Source: Calditrichia bacterium
GTDB taxonomy: Bacteria; Calditrichota; Calditrichia; JAJRVZ01
DNA: 64,000 nucleotides
NCBI GenBank assembly: GCA_963777955.1
Contig: CAVZSQ010000015.1
Span: forward strand, 290,899-354,898
Direction of reading: 5' to 3'
Shown here: positions 40,395 to 50,590 of the stretch, in pieces
Position numbering within the stretch: position 1 is the stretch's first letter
Layout of the letters: the number at the start of each line of letters is the position of its first letter
Notes under the pieces: model-generated
Databases searched by the model: none
Seen by the model: the letters and a program-made list of their open reading frames with translations, nothing else
What the model was told of the DNA's origin: nothing
Made by a program: the position numbers and the translations under genes

Positions 40395-40517
40395 GTCATC
40401 CCGGCCCACGAGCCCGGGATGACAATTCAGTAAGGTCTTTCAGGAACTAATCCATCCCCTAACCCCACCCCCATCCCCCTTCCCTTATAGATAAGGGAAG
40501 GCGGATTAGGGGGATGG
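40395..40517. repeat. Two REP-like palindromes (GTCATCCCG...CGGGATGAC; CCATCCCCT...TTCCCTTAT..ATAAGGGAA...GGGGATGG)
   Basis: Visible inverted repeats; the second is related to 27027-27081. Confidence 0.65.
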
Positions 40518-40638
40518 ATTATTGAGTGGATTTTCAGTCATCAGCATAAACCTTAATTAGAATTTCCTTGCATTTATTTTGGCAACATTTTAGTTTATAA
40601 GCGAGTTCTCAGCACTACTATTTATAAATCGTATTAGT

Positions 40639-41544
40639 ATGAAAAAAGCGGAACAACAACATCTGACTGCTCAGGAAACCAAGGGAATCGTCGATGCTCT
40701 TGAACAGGCAATTCTGGAACACGGCAAATGGTTAAGTACCTGGCATCGCAGTCTGTTATGTAAGCTGCCCTTCCCCAATGATGTGCTTGCTGATAAAGCA
40801 TACGAGATCAGTAATTTCGGTAAATGGTATTATAAAGAAAATTCACCGTTCCTGACCGGGCACCCACTTTTCCGCACGATCGATGAATCGAACCGGGATC
40901 TGCACCGCCTGGCAAAAACACTGGCCTTAAAAGTCAGGAAAACCGAAAAAATCACGCAGCAGGAGTATGAGGAATTTTTACTGGAAGAGTTAAAGTTTTC
41001 AGGAAATTTGATCAAACTGCGCGACGAATTTCATCAGGCCTTATTTTCATTCGATTCCTTAACCCATGTACTGAATCGCCAGGCGTTTTTGAGAATATTA
41101 ACCCAGGAATATGCCCGGGCCTCGCGCCTGGGCAAGCCCTGTTGTATCGCCATGGTCGACCTGGACCACTTCAAAGTGATCAATGATACCTATGGCCATC
41201 AGATCGGAGATAACGTATTACATACGGCCGCTCAGTTTTTAACTTCTAATCTTCGTCCGTATGATTCGATGTGCCGGTATGGCGGGGAAGAATTTCTGAT
41301 ATGTTTACCCTATACCCCGGTCCATCTGGCCAGAAGTACTATGAACAGGTTACAGAAAGGCTTAGCCGCCCTGGCGATCGTGGTCTCGCCCAAGGTGTAC
41401 ATAAAGATCACCGCCTCCTTCGGATTGGTGATCACCGACCCGGCTGTCAGCATGATTGATACCATCACCCGTGCTGATTCAGCCATGTATGCGGCAAAAC
41501 ATGGCGGCGGTAATCAGGTGGTAATCTGGGGTGATAAAGCATGA
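40639..41544 (+). CDS. Diguanylate cyclase with N-terminal CZB-like domain (DgcZ-like architecture)
   Basis: H..W, FGKWYY, DLDHFK.IND.YGH..GD, RPYD I-site and GGEEF. Confidence 0.88.
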   Translation: MKKAEQQHLTAQETKGIVDALEQAILEHGKWLSTWHRSLLCKLPFPNDVLADKAYEISNFGKWYYKENSPFLTGHPLFRTIDESNRDLHRLAKTLALKVRKTEKITQQEYEEFLLEELKFSGNLIKLRDEFHQALFSFDSLTHVLNRQAFLRILTQEYARASRLGKPCCIAMVDLDHFKVINDTYGHQIGDNVLHTAAQFLTSNLRPYDSMCRYGGEEFLICLPYTPVHLARSTMNRLQKGLAALAIVVSPKVYIKITASFGLVITDPAVSMIDTITRADSAMYAAKHGGGNQVVIWGDKA

Positions 41545-41606
41545 GACACTTAAGATCATTTTGATTAATTAAACAGACAATATCCAGAGGTATTTGCAGA
41601 ACAAGC

Positions 41607-42089
41607 ATGTGGCAGGAACCGGAATTAAATACGCTCATAAGTTACAGTTACTTTGGATTTCAGAACACCGATCTGGAGCAACTGTTAAAGCAGAATTCCG
41701 GTAATTCAACTGATTTGATCAAACTGCGTAACTATAAAGACCTGGTTGATCAGGAAATTAATGCCTGTTTCCTGGGATTCCTCAAAGTCCATAACTCCAC
41801 ATATCTTATGTATGCCTATATTTATGATAATAAGGAATATGGCTTTGTCTGGGATACCGGCAACTATGAAATATTTACCCCTGCTGCGAATGGCAGTGAT
41901 ATACCCTGGTTCTTATTTATTAAGCAGGGTCAAACGTTTAAACTTAAAATAATTAAAGCCAATCCCTACCTGCATTATATAACCGAAAAACCTTTCGCCT
42001 CGATGAACGGGCCGGTCCTGAAGTTGGGCTCCTGCCGTGACGCCTATCCGGTTAATGATCAAAGCGAGAATCAATACGCATCCAAATAA
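41607..42089 (+). CDS. Hypothetical protein
   Basis: 160-aa ORF with no recognised motif. Confidence 0.5.
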   Translation: MWQEPELNTLISYSYFGFQNTDLEQLLKQNSGNSTDLIKLRNYKDLVDQEINACFLGFLKVHNSTYLMYAYIYDNKEYGFVWDTGNYEIFTPAANGSDIPWFLFIKQGQTFKLKIIKANPYLHYITEKPFASMNGPVLKLGSCRDAYPVNDQSENQYASK

Positions 42090-42137
42090 TCCCGGTCCCG
42101 TACATTTGCGCTGTAGTTCTACGGCAGCTGGTTGACC

Positions 42138-43346
42138 ATGCAGCGTATCATTCAGATTTATCGTGAAGCATTCTTCGGTTTACCTGAAGCAGCCTGGATA
42201 CTAGCCCTGGCGCTGTTTATCAACCGCAGCGGGTCGATGGTGCTGTTTTTCCTGACTATCTATCTGACCAGCCAGTTGCATTTTTCTGTTTCCACTGCCG
42301 GGGCCATGATCAGTATTTATGGGCTCGGCTCGTTGCTGGGAGCATTTAGCGGCGGCTGGTTGAGCGATGTTTTCGGACCCAGAAAGGTACAAATTTACAG
42401 CCTGTTTTTTTCCGGCTTATTATATATTTTCTTAGGGTATATTCACAGTCCTGTACTGTTCGCGGTATTTCTCTTTCTGCTATCAGCATCTGCAGATGCT
42501 TTCCGTCCGGCCAATTCCACCGCCATGGCCGATGCCTGTCCACCCGAAATCAGGGTACGCGGATTCGCACTGAACCGGTTGGCTATTAATCTGGGTGTGG
42601 CAATCGGACCTGCCATCGGTGGCTGGCTGGCTACCCTGAACTATCTTTACCTTTTCTGGATCGACGGATTGACCTCCCTGCTGGCTATCGGCGTTTTGCT
42701 TTATGCCGCACCCGCTGCTGGTCATCAGGATCAAAGTGCCGGCAAAAATATGATGGCGGCGCCTAAAAGTCCATGGCACGATGTAATATTTCTGACCGTA
42801 TTGAGTCTGGCCTTTTTACTGGGCCTGGCTTTTGTACAGATCTTCAATACCTGGCCGCTATATTTGCGTTCGGTCTATCATTTGTTGGAAAATAAGATCG
42901 GATTGTTGCTGGCTCTTAACGCCCTGATGATTGTAGTTATTGAAATGCCGTTGGTTTTCAGACTGGAGAAGAAAAATCCTGTTAAAATTATGTGCCTGGG
43001 ATCTATTTTCTTTCTGGGCGGATTTATTATTTTGCCCCTGGGTAACAGTTTTTCATATGCCCTGTTCACTGTTTTTATCTTTACCTGGGGTGAAATGCTG
43101 GTATTTCCGTTGATGATCGGTTTTATTGCGAACCGGGCGCCTGACCAGATTCGCGGCCGCTATATGGGTTTGTATACTTTTACTTTCTCGCTTTGTTATG
43201 TGATCGCCCCCCTGCTGGGTACCTGGATCTATGAAAATTATGGCAGCGCCCGGCTCTGGTTCGGTATGAGTTTTATTGCTTTACCGGTAGTTGCCGGATT
43301 TTTGTTCCTGCAACATCGTCTGCAAAACGAAAAACACTTTTCCTGA
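42138..43346 (+). CDS. MFS transporter
   Basis: About 12 TM segments; GGWLSD.FGPR motif A; RGRYMG. Confidence 0.9.
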   Translation: MQRIIQIYREAFFGLPEAAWILALALFINRSGSMVLFFLTIYLTSQLHFSVSTAGAMISIYGLGSLLGAFSGGWLSDVFGPRKVQIYSLFFSGLLYIFLGYIHSPVLFAVFLFLLSASADAFRPANSTAMADACPPEIRVRGFALNRLAINLGVAIGPAIGGWLATLNYLYLFWIDGLTSLLAIGVLLYAAPAAGHQDQSAGKNMMAAPKSPWHDVIFLTVLSLAFLLGLAFVQIFNTWPLYLRSVYHLLENKIGLLLALNALMIVVIEMPLVFRLEKKNPVKIMCLGSIFFLGGFIILPLGNSFSYALFTVFIFTWGEMLVFPLMIGFIANRAPDQIRGRYMGLYTFTFSLCYVIAPLLGTWIYENYGSARLWFGMSFIALPVVAGFLFLQHRLQNEKHFS

Positions 43347-43420
43347 TACCTCTGCTGAATTTTAATACCATTTTATGGGATTTCCCTGTACATTCAGAAG
43401 AAAGCTCAGGAGAAACTGCT

Positions 43421-43999
43421 ATGAATGATGAACCAAAGTTGGAACAAGAGGAGACTAAGAAAGACCGGATTGAGGAACGTTTATTAAAAACGCGTACGAT
43501 TCTGGTCTACGGTGAAATAAACCAGAAACTGGCCAAAGCAATCAGCGAAAGATTACTGGTGCTCTCAGCTGAATCTAAAAAAGACATCCGTATATTTATT
43601 AATTCACAGGGCGGACATGTGGAATCCGGGGATACTATTTTTGATATGATCCGTTTCTGCAAAGCACCGATAAAGATAGTCGGTACCGGCTGGGTGGCCA
43701 GTGCGGCGACTATGATCTATCTGGCTGTTCCGCTAAAAAACCGCTTTTGCCTGCCCAATACCCGCTTCCTTATTCATCAACCACTTGGCGGGATGATCGG
43801 TACTGCCGTGGATCTGGCAATTGAGGCAAAAGAGATTGTCAGGATGAAAAAACGCCTGAATGAAATTATTTCCAAACAGACCGGTCAAAAAATGGAAAAA
43901 GTTGAAAAGGATACCGAGCGCAATTACTGGATGAACGCCGAGGAAGCCAAGGAATATGGGATTGTGGGATCGATTATTAAATCGGAGAGTGAGATATAG
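43421..43999 (+). CDS. clpP: ATP-dependent Clp protease proteolytic subunit (stand-alone paralogue)
   Basis: INSQGG, VASAA, IHQP and EA.EYG motifs. Confidence 0.9.
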   Translation: MNDEPKLEQEETKKDRIEERLLKTRTILVYGEINQKLAKAISERLLVLSAESKKDIRIFINSQGGHVESGDTIFDMIRFCKAPIKIVGTGWVASAATMIYLAVPLKNRFCLPNTRFLIHQPLGGMIGTAVDLAIEAKEIVRMKKRLNEIISKQTGQKMEKVEKDTERNYWMNAEEAKEYGIVGSIIKSESEI

Positions 44000-44027
44000 T
44001 AAAAAAAGGCACTGAGGCACTGAGGCA

Positions 44028-45110
44028 CTATTTCTTAAAAAAATACTCCAACTCATACCCTTCACGGGAGAGTGCTGCTGCATTCTTGCGGATAAATTCC
44101 TGGATTGTTTCTATGCCAATAGCATAGGTTATGCCGTAATAGGTTGACTGATATGCGCGGACATAGGGCTCACCGGTATAGGGACGTGAAAGATCCCATT
44201 CCGAAACGTTGAAATTCTTATCTGGTTGTAAAATATATTGAACTTCCGATGAGACAGCATTGGTTATACCCACCAATTCAAAATTCGGTATACCATCCCG
44301 TACCGCCAATACCAGACCGCCGCTGATACCGCGCTGCAGCGAGCCATCCAATAAAAATGAATTGCGCTGATCATAATTAGGACTGCTTACTATTGCCGTT
44401 GAAACCATCTTTTTAGCCCGCGGGTAGCCAACCAGGTAGGTGAAACAGCCCCAGTCCAGTTCGCTGGCTGCGCCCAGTTTGCAGGAAAGAACCGGGATCG
44501 TCTTTTTACCCTCACTGGGCAGGCCACGGCCATACATAGCGTATGAATTGTCGGCCAGATCCTTACCGACCAGAGCCAGGTCTTTTTCACGGTCAAGGAC
44601 CAGTATTTTAAAATCATTTAATTCCGGCATATCGACCATATTATTATTTTGACCTATTTTGATCGATATATTCTGTATATAAGGAGTATCTTTGCCGAAG
44701 TTATCTTTATAATAGGAAATGAGCGTATCCGGGAAGTTTACAACATGAGCACAAGTTAATAAAACCACCCTGTCCATATAGTGATAGATGATCGTGGAAG
44801 AACCGGTAGAAGGCCGGTCATAGCCGTATTTCACCGTAGCCAGATCCTTCCAGGTTTTAGTGGCAAGTATATCGGTTTTAAGCTGACTGGCCTTATTAAA
44901 ATCATAACTATCGTAAAAAGTTAAAATGCTGATCAGGCGCACCGACTCCAGAATTTCTTTCAATGCCGGTGCGGCCGGTTTCAGCGGAAATTCCGAATCA
45001 TACTTGCCATCCAGTATCTGGTCGTATTTAAATTTATGTATCTCACGCGTACAGGTACTCATTAAAAAGGCAGACAGTAATAATATCACTATCAATAAAG
45101 GATTTTTCAT
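44028..45110 (-). CDS. Trypsin-like serine protease, probable lipoprotein
   Basis: LTCAHVV, DLAL and GISGG triad motifs. Confidence 0.78.
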   Translation of the reverse strand: MKNPLLIVILLLSAFLMSTCTREIHKFKYDQILDGKYDSEFPLKPAAPALKEILESVRLISILTFYDSYDFNKASQLKTDILATKTWKDLATVKYGYDRPSTGSSTIIYHYMDRVVLLTCAHVVNFPDTLISYYKDNFGKDTPYIQNISIKIGQNNNMVDMPELNDFKILVLDREKDLALVGKDLADNSYAMYGRGLPSEGKKTIPVLSCKLGAASELDWGCFTYLVGYPRAKKMVSTAIVSSPNYDQRNSFLLDGSLQRGISGGLVLAVRDGIPNFELVGITNAVSSEVQYILQPDKNFNVSEWDLSRPYTGEPYVRAYQSTYYGITYAIGIETIQEFIRKNAAALSREGYELEYFFKK

Positions 45111-45262
45111 AATTTAAGACCTTAATTATTGTATTAGCTGAGCAATATTACTATTATAAAATTCGTTAGGAACTAAAACAACCATTTTTATTTAAATTGA
45201 AGTGTTTACTTCATTTAATAAATTTATATTGACCGAAATGAAAAAAGGAGTTATCCGCAAAT

Positions 45263-46658
45263 ATGAGCTATAAAAAGATTATGTCCCTGTTGTCACTTTT
45301 ATTAGTGATCACTGCCTTATCCTGCAGCGTAGTTAAAAAAGACGCTCCCAGAAACATTATTCTACTGATTGCTGATGGTGGCGGATTCAACCATATTACT
45401 GCGGCCAGTTTTTTTCAGTACGGACAGACCGGCAAGCAGATTTATGAGTCATTCCCGGTCAAGTTTGCAGTAAGTACTTTTTCAAGCGAAGCAGACCGAT
45501 ATGATCCCGTCAAGGCCTGGAAATCGTTCGACTGGATCATGAAAAAATCTACCGATTCGGCAGCTGCCGCAACTGCTATTTCCACTGGTTATAAAACCAG
45601 AAATGGAAGCCTGGGTGTCGATGCCCTGGGCCAGGTTTTGGAAACGATCGCAGAACGGGCGGAAAAACTTAAAAAATCAAGCGGTGTGGTGACCAGTGTC
45701 CCCATCAATGATGCCACGCCGGCCGCATTTTGTGCTCACGATACTTCCCGGGATAATTACTCCGCTATTATGAACTATATATTGTACAGCAGTGCGGTGG
45801 ATGTCATCATGGGTACTGGTAATCCCATGTACGATGATGAGGGAAAACCGCTGAACGATACCCTTTCGGGATATGCTGAAAATAGGATGCTCTGGCAGAA
45901 ATTTCATGACGGGATCAGCGGGGCTGATGCGGATGGAGATGGTGATAAGGATCTATGGACTTTTGTCGAAGATGAAACAGTTTTTCAAAAACTGACCAGT
46001 GGTGATACGCCACCACGGGTGCTGGGATTGGCCAAAGTCCGTTCGACCCTGCGACAATCCCGTTCCGGAGATAATTTTGACAAAACTTACGGGGATTCCC
46101 TGAGCCAAAACGTCCCCACTCTCCAGGAAATCAGCCGGGCCGCCCTGAACATTCTGGATGAAGATCCGGATGGTTTTTTCCTGATAATTGAAGGGGGTGC
46201 TGTCGATTGGGCCGCTCATGATAACCAAAGCGGCCGGATGATTGAAGAATTAATCGATTTTAATCAGGCAGTGCAAAGTGCAGTAGATTGGGTTAATACT
46301 CACAGTAACTGGGCTGAGACATTGATAATCGTTACTGCTGATCACGAGACCGGATATTTAACCGGACCCGGCTCCGGCAAAAATGATACTACATTCTCTG
46401 ACGTCATCAAAAAACTGGACACCACTCGTTAATAATGGAAAAGGTAATTTGCCTGGTATGGAGTGGCATTCGCACGGCCACACAAACTCGCTGGTACCCT
46501 TTTATGCCAAAGGTTCCGGCGCTGAAAAATTTAAGTTTTATGCCGATGAAGCAGATCCGGTCAGGGGGAAGTATATTGATAATACGGAGATTGGGAAGGT
46601 GATGTTTGAGTTATGGATAATACAGTTACTAAAAATAAGGGGAATTAGTAAAGGATAA
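45263..46658 (+). CDS. phoA: Alkaline phosphatase lipoprotein; frameshift near 46410
   Basis: NIILLIADG, TDSAAAATA, ATPAAF, EGGAVDWAAH, TADHETG, HTNSLVP. Confidence 0.88.
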
Positions 46659-47245
46659 AGGGAGGAAGACCTGGTAAGAGGAGAAAGGTTAAAGGAGAAA
46701 GGATAAAGGTTAAAGGAGAAAGGAAAAAGGTTAAAGTGAAAAGGAGTAAGACTTTTTTGTATTTATTTCTTTTTAGGTATATTCTGCTTCAAAAAATATC
46801 TACGGGTCTTTATTAATCCTGAAAGCATTGATGATATCGCAATAGAATCCTGAATCCATTTATTTCCAGTCGTTGAATCAAAATACTTAATTTTGATACC
46901 GATATATGTTTGTGATCTTAACTCCCCACAGGAGCCTTTGGCATATATTAAAAATCTGAGTAAATTCACGATCAGAACCACGTTCAAATCCTTCAGCAAT
47001 ATTACTGGAAATAGATAAGTCTGAACGGCAAATCTGATTCTTTAGTTCAAAATAATTTTTAGTATAAAAACAGAGAAAGATATTAGCGCACAATTGTGCT
47101 GACTTTGGAGACTTCAAGATCCTCGAATCGTTTATTAGCCATTTATTAGAATCACTAAGTAAAGTATATCTGAAGAAATGCAAAAATTGTACCATATTTA
47201 TTCTTTACCTTTTTCCTTTACCTTTTTCCTTATCCTTTTTCCTTA
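46645..47245. repeat. Inverted heptamer arrays (AAAGGNN ... NNCCTTT) bracketing the four-helix-bundle gene
   Basis: Purine array ~46650-46750; pyrimidine array ~47200-47245. Confidence 0.8.
46763..47142 (-). pseudogene. Four-helix-bundle (TIGR02436-like) gene, frameshifted
   Basis: MANKRFEDLEV / KNQICRS.LSISSNIAEGFERGSD / RFLIYAKGSCGELRSQ. Confidence 0.85.
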
Positions 47246-49096
47246 TCCTACCGGAAATTCCACCCGTACGGTCGTACCAAGGCCCTCCTCTGTACTGCTA
47301 ATTGAAATATCACCGTGATGTTCTTTTATAAAATCCAGGGCAATGGCAAGTCCCAGACCCGTACCCTTGCCCACCGGTTTGGTGGTGAAAAACGGATCCA
47401 TAATCTTGTTCAGTAAATGCTTGGGAATGCCCGACCCGCTGTCCTCAAAAGTAATCCAGATAAAGGTTTTTGTTTCTTTAACGGTAGTACCGCTGCTGAT
47501 AGTGAGTTTTCCGCCCTGCGCCATAGCATCAAAGGAATTGACCGCGATGTTTGAGAATATCTGTTCAACTTTACTTCTATCGGCATTAATCAAGGGTAAG
47601 TTACGGCTTAATTTCTTCTCGATTTGAATGCCTGTTTTCTTGGCACGTATGTTTATCAGCAATAGAATTTCTTCGACAATTTTATTCAGATTAAGCAATT
47701 CGCTATGTGACCGGGAATCCCGGGAGAAACTCAGCAGGTCGGTGATGATACTGGCCATTCTTTCCGTATTTTGCAGCATCTTAGACATTTCATCGCCATA
47801 TTTTTTACCCTCTTGTTCGTCAAATTCATCCTGCAACAATTGCAGCCGGGCGGCAATAACTGATAAGGGTGTATTAAGTTGATGGGCAATCCCCGCCGCC
47901 ATTTGTCCTACCGCCTCCATTTTTTGAGCATGCCGTAATTGTTCTTCCAGGCGTTTACGATGGGTTATATCAGTCAAAAGACCGAGCAGGTATTCCCCTT
48001 CCGGTAAATGAACGCGGGTCAGACTCATCTCCACCATGAACTCGGAACCATCAACACGACGACCAATTACTTCCAGAGCATTTCCTGAATTTAGACTCTG
48101 CAGGCGGTTTAAAAAGTTCTTTGAATCTTTTAAGAACAATATTTTAGCAAAATAGGGTAATAACAATTCAAGTTTGTGATTCAGAATCTCCTCCCTGGTA
48201 TAACCGAACATGACCAGGGTTGTGGCGTTGATTAATTTTACATAACCGTGCCCGTCGATTAACATGATCGCTTCGGCAGCAGACTCCAGCAGGGTTTTGA
48301 ACATGTTCTCGCTTTTTTGCAGTTCTTCTTCGGCTCGTTTACGGGCGGTTATGTCCGTAAAGACCGAAAAACTGCCCAAAAAATTCTTTTGATTATCATA
48401 GAGCGGCTTTGGTGCGACCAGGGTAATTATCCGTTGCCCATCTTTTTTAAGAAAGGCCAGTTCATATGGTTCGCCTCCGCTTTCCTGACGCTGCTTACTC
48501 TGATCGATCAATATTTTACGATTGGTCGCGTCTAAAAAGTCCAATTCGGATCTACCGATGAGTTCAGTGACCGGATAACCCAGCATCTGGCAGAATTTAT
48601 CGTTCACATAGGTTAGTTTATAATCCCGATCCATCCAGGACAGACCCTCATTCATTGTTTCCACCAGCATGCGATAACGTTCTTCGCTCTCGTGCAGGGC
48701 TCGTTCCGCTTTTTTTCGTTCGGTTATGTCCTCGCCTGAACTCAGGGTACCAATAATTTTATTCTGGTCATTCCTCAAAAGCGTATTCCGCCAGGCGATA
48801 GTTCTCACCTGCCCTTTGCAGGTAAGAACATTATTCTCGTAATATTTGAAGTCTTCCAATTCCCCCGTGATCAGTCTTTTAAAAGTAACTTTTACTTCTT
48901 TTCTCTCATTTTCCGGAATAAAGTTATCAATCCAGTTTTTCCCCAGGATTTCATTCTCATTACACTGTAGCACTTCACAGCCTTTTTTATTGATCAAAGT
49001 CACCGATGCATCGGAATCAAGAGCTACAAATATAACACCGGCAATATCGAGATATTTTTCTGCAGTAAAAAAACTATGAGTTGAGGCTGGCAGCAT
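47243..49096 (-). CDS. Cytoplasmic sensor histidine kinase with three PAS domains
   Basis: Three DIT.RK PAC ends; AHQLNTPL H-box; NSFDAM, DSGSG, PFFTTK..GKGTGLGL. Confidence 0.92.
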   Translation of the reverse strand: MLPASTHSFFTAEKYLDIAGVIFVALDSDASVTLINKKGCEVLQCNENEILGKNWIDNFIPENERKEVKVTFKRLITGELEDFKYYENNVLTCKGQVRTIAWRNTLLRNDQNKIIGTLSSGEDITERKKAERALHESEERYRMLVETMNEGLSWMDRDYKLTYVNDKFCQMLGYPVTELIGRSELDFLDATNRKILIDQSKQRQESGGEPYELAFLKKDGQRIITLVAPKPLYDNQKNFLGSFSVFTDITARKRAEEELQKSENMFKTLLESAAEAIMLIDGHGYVKLINATTLVMFGYTREEILNHKLELLLPYFAKILFLKDSKNFLNRLQSLNSGNALEVIGRRVDGSEFMVEMSLTRVHLPEGEYLLGLLTDITHRKRLEEQLRHAQKMEAVGQMAAGIAHQLNTPLSVIAARLQLLQDEFDEQEGKKYGDEMSKMLQNTERMASIITDLLSFSRDSRSHSELLNLNKIVEEILLLINIRAKKTGIQIEKKLSRNLPLINADRSKVEQIFSNIAVNSFDAMAQGGKLTISSGTTVKETKTFIWITFEDSGSGIPKHLLNKIMDPFFTTKPVGKGTGLGLAIALDFIKEHHGDISISSTEEGLGTTVRVEFPVG

Positions 49097-49119
49097 TTGT
49101 TGGTCCTGAAATAGTATAA

Positions 49120-49232
49120 TAGTTCCTGAGTACCTGAGTACCTGAGTTCCTGAGTTCCTGAGTACCTGAGTTCCTGAGTACCTGAGTACCTAGTATCTAA
49201 GGTACTAAGGAACTCAGGTACTAAAGTACTAT
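49120..49232. repeat. 9-mer tandem array (GAGTWCCT) with inverted partner, immediately 3' of tRNA-Ser(CGA)
   Basis: AGTTCCTGAGTACCTGAGTACCTG... x8, then GGTACTAAGGAACTCAGGTACT. Confidence 0.85.
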
Positions 49233-49239
49233 TTTATTG

Positions 49240-49326
49240 CGGAGAGAGTGGGATTCGAACCCACGATAGAGAAAACCCTATACTGGTTTTCGAGACCAGC
49301 TCCTTCAACCACTCGGACATCTCTCC
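49240..49326 (-). tRNA. tRNA-Ser (anticodon CGA)
   Basis: GGAGAGATGTCCGAGTGG...CTGGT-CTCGAAA-ACCAG, long variable arm, GGTTCGAATCC...CTCTCCG. Confidence 0.95.
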
Positions 49327-49421
49327 TCAAAAAGGCACTAGGGCACTTAGGCACTGAGGCACTAAGTAAACCAAAAATATAACGAGATATTTACTTTTAT
49401 CCTTAGTGCCCTTTACTATTA

Positions 49422-49461
49422 TGCGGAGAGGGAGGTCCCTTCGGGAGAACCCTCGGTACCC
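49422..49461 (-). pseudogene. 3' fragment of tRNA-Ser(GGA) with T-loop bases replaced by a TCCCTTCGGGA hairpin
   Basis: TGCGGAGAGGGAGG-[TCCCTTCGGGA]-GAACCCTCGGTACCC matches the reverse complement of 49771-49804 except at GATTC. Confidence 0.8.
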
Positions 49462-49716
49462 AAAATCCTCTTTTAAAATCCTGGTGCCTAGTATAATCCT
49501 GATGACCTTATCTCTTGTCATGATAATACACAAATTTAGTTTAAAATGATTATCTATTCAACCGACTATCACGTTTCAGGATAAATAATATTATATTGTG
49601 AATTAATGTGCGGATATCATTTAAGCAGGTTGAATACATAATATTTTTGACTTAAATTTGTTCTACTTTAAATATGGTTTAGAATTATTTATTACTGTAA
49701 AGTAATATATAATTCT

Positions 49717-49802
49717 GGAGAGGTGCGAGAGTGGTTTAATCGGCACGACTGGAAATCGTGTGTGCCCTACGGGTACCGAGGGTTCGAATCCCTCCCTCTC
49801 CG
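49717..49802 (+). tRNA. tRNA-Ser (anticodon GGA)
   Basis: GGAGAGGTGCGAGAGTGG...CACGA-CTGGAAA-TCGTG, variable arm, GGTTCGAATCC...CTCTCCG. Confidence 0.95.
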
Positions 49803-49810
49803 CAATAAAA

Positions 49811-49980
49811 TAGTACCTTAGTACCTTAGTACCTTAGTTCCTTAGTCCCTGAGTGTCATAGTGATTGATATATTTCATGTTTTTTTATATAAAATTTTTA
49901 GCAAATTAGTTTGCTATATATATAATATACTCAGGTACTCAGGTACTCAGGTACTCAGGGACTCAGGAACTCAGATACTC
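49811..49980. repeat. Inverted 9-mer arrays with AT-rich spacer
   Basis: TAGTACCTTAGTACCTTAG... (49811-49855) and TACTCAGGTACTCAGG... (49928-49980). Confidence 0.85.
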
Positions 49981-50438
49981 AATTCCTCTTCCTCATCTCC
50001 TGAAAAAATTCCGCCAGCAGCGACGCACTCTCTTCTTTTAAAATTCCGGGGATAACCTCCAGGCGGTGATTCAAGCGCGGATCGTTCAAAAGATTAAACA
50101 CACTTGAATGAGCTCCGGTTTTGGGATCGGTGGTGCCGTAGACAACTGTTTTTAGTCGGGACAGGACAATAGCACCGGCGCACATCGCACACGGTTCCAC
50201 TGTGACATACATTGTCGTATCCAGCAGCCACTTCTTGCCCAGCGCAATGGCGGCAGCAGTGATTGCAATCATTTCAGCATGGGCAGTGGGATCCTGCAAC
50301 AACTCAATCTGATTATGTCCCCGGCCGATTACCTTCTCTTCGAAGACCACTACCGCCCCAACCGGCACTTCATGTTTTTTTAAGGCCTGCTTGGCTTCCT
50401 TCAGCGCTTCGACGCATCCAGTGTTCGTGTTTTGACAT
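49979..50438 (-). CDS. tadA: tRNA adenosine(34) deaminase; frameshift near 50410
   Basis: MSKHEHWM / EAL.EA..A...EVPVGAV, DPTAHAE, EPCAMC, DPKTGA. Confidence 0.92.
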
Positions 50439-50461
50439 AGTACAATAGTATAATGAGTTAA

Positions 50462-50590
50462 TGGCCAAAGGTTAAAGGCAAATAGGCCAAAGGAATTAAA
50501 GATAAATTTATTGACCCTTGGCCTTGAACTTTTTACCTTTACCTTTTAGCCTATTTGCCTTTAGCCTTTGACCCTTGCCTCCTACTTTAC
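50462..50590. repeat. Cargo-less inverted heptamer array pair
   Basis: GGCCAAAGGTTAAAGGCAAATAGGCCAAAGG ... CCTTTACCTTTTAGCCTATTTGCCTTTAGCCTTTG. Confidence 0.75.

Noticed and set aside
49120..49980. CRISPR array
   Set aside because: Units are contiguous 9-mers with no unique spacers, and there are no cas genes.
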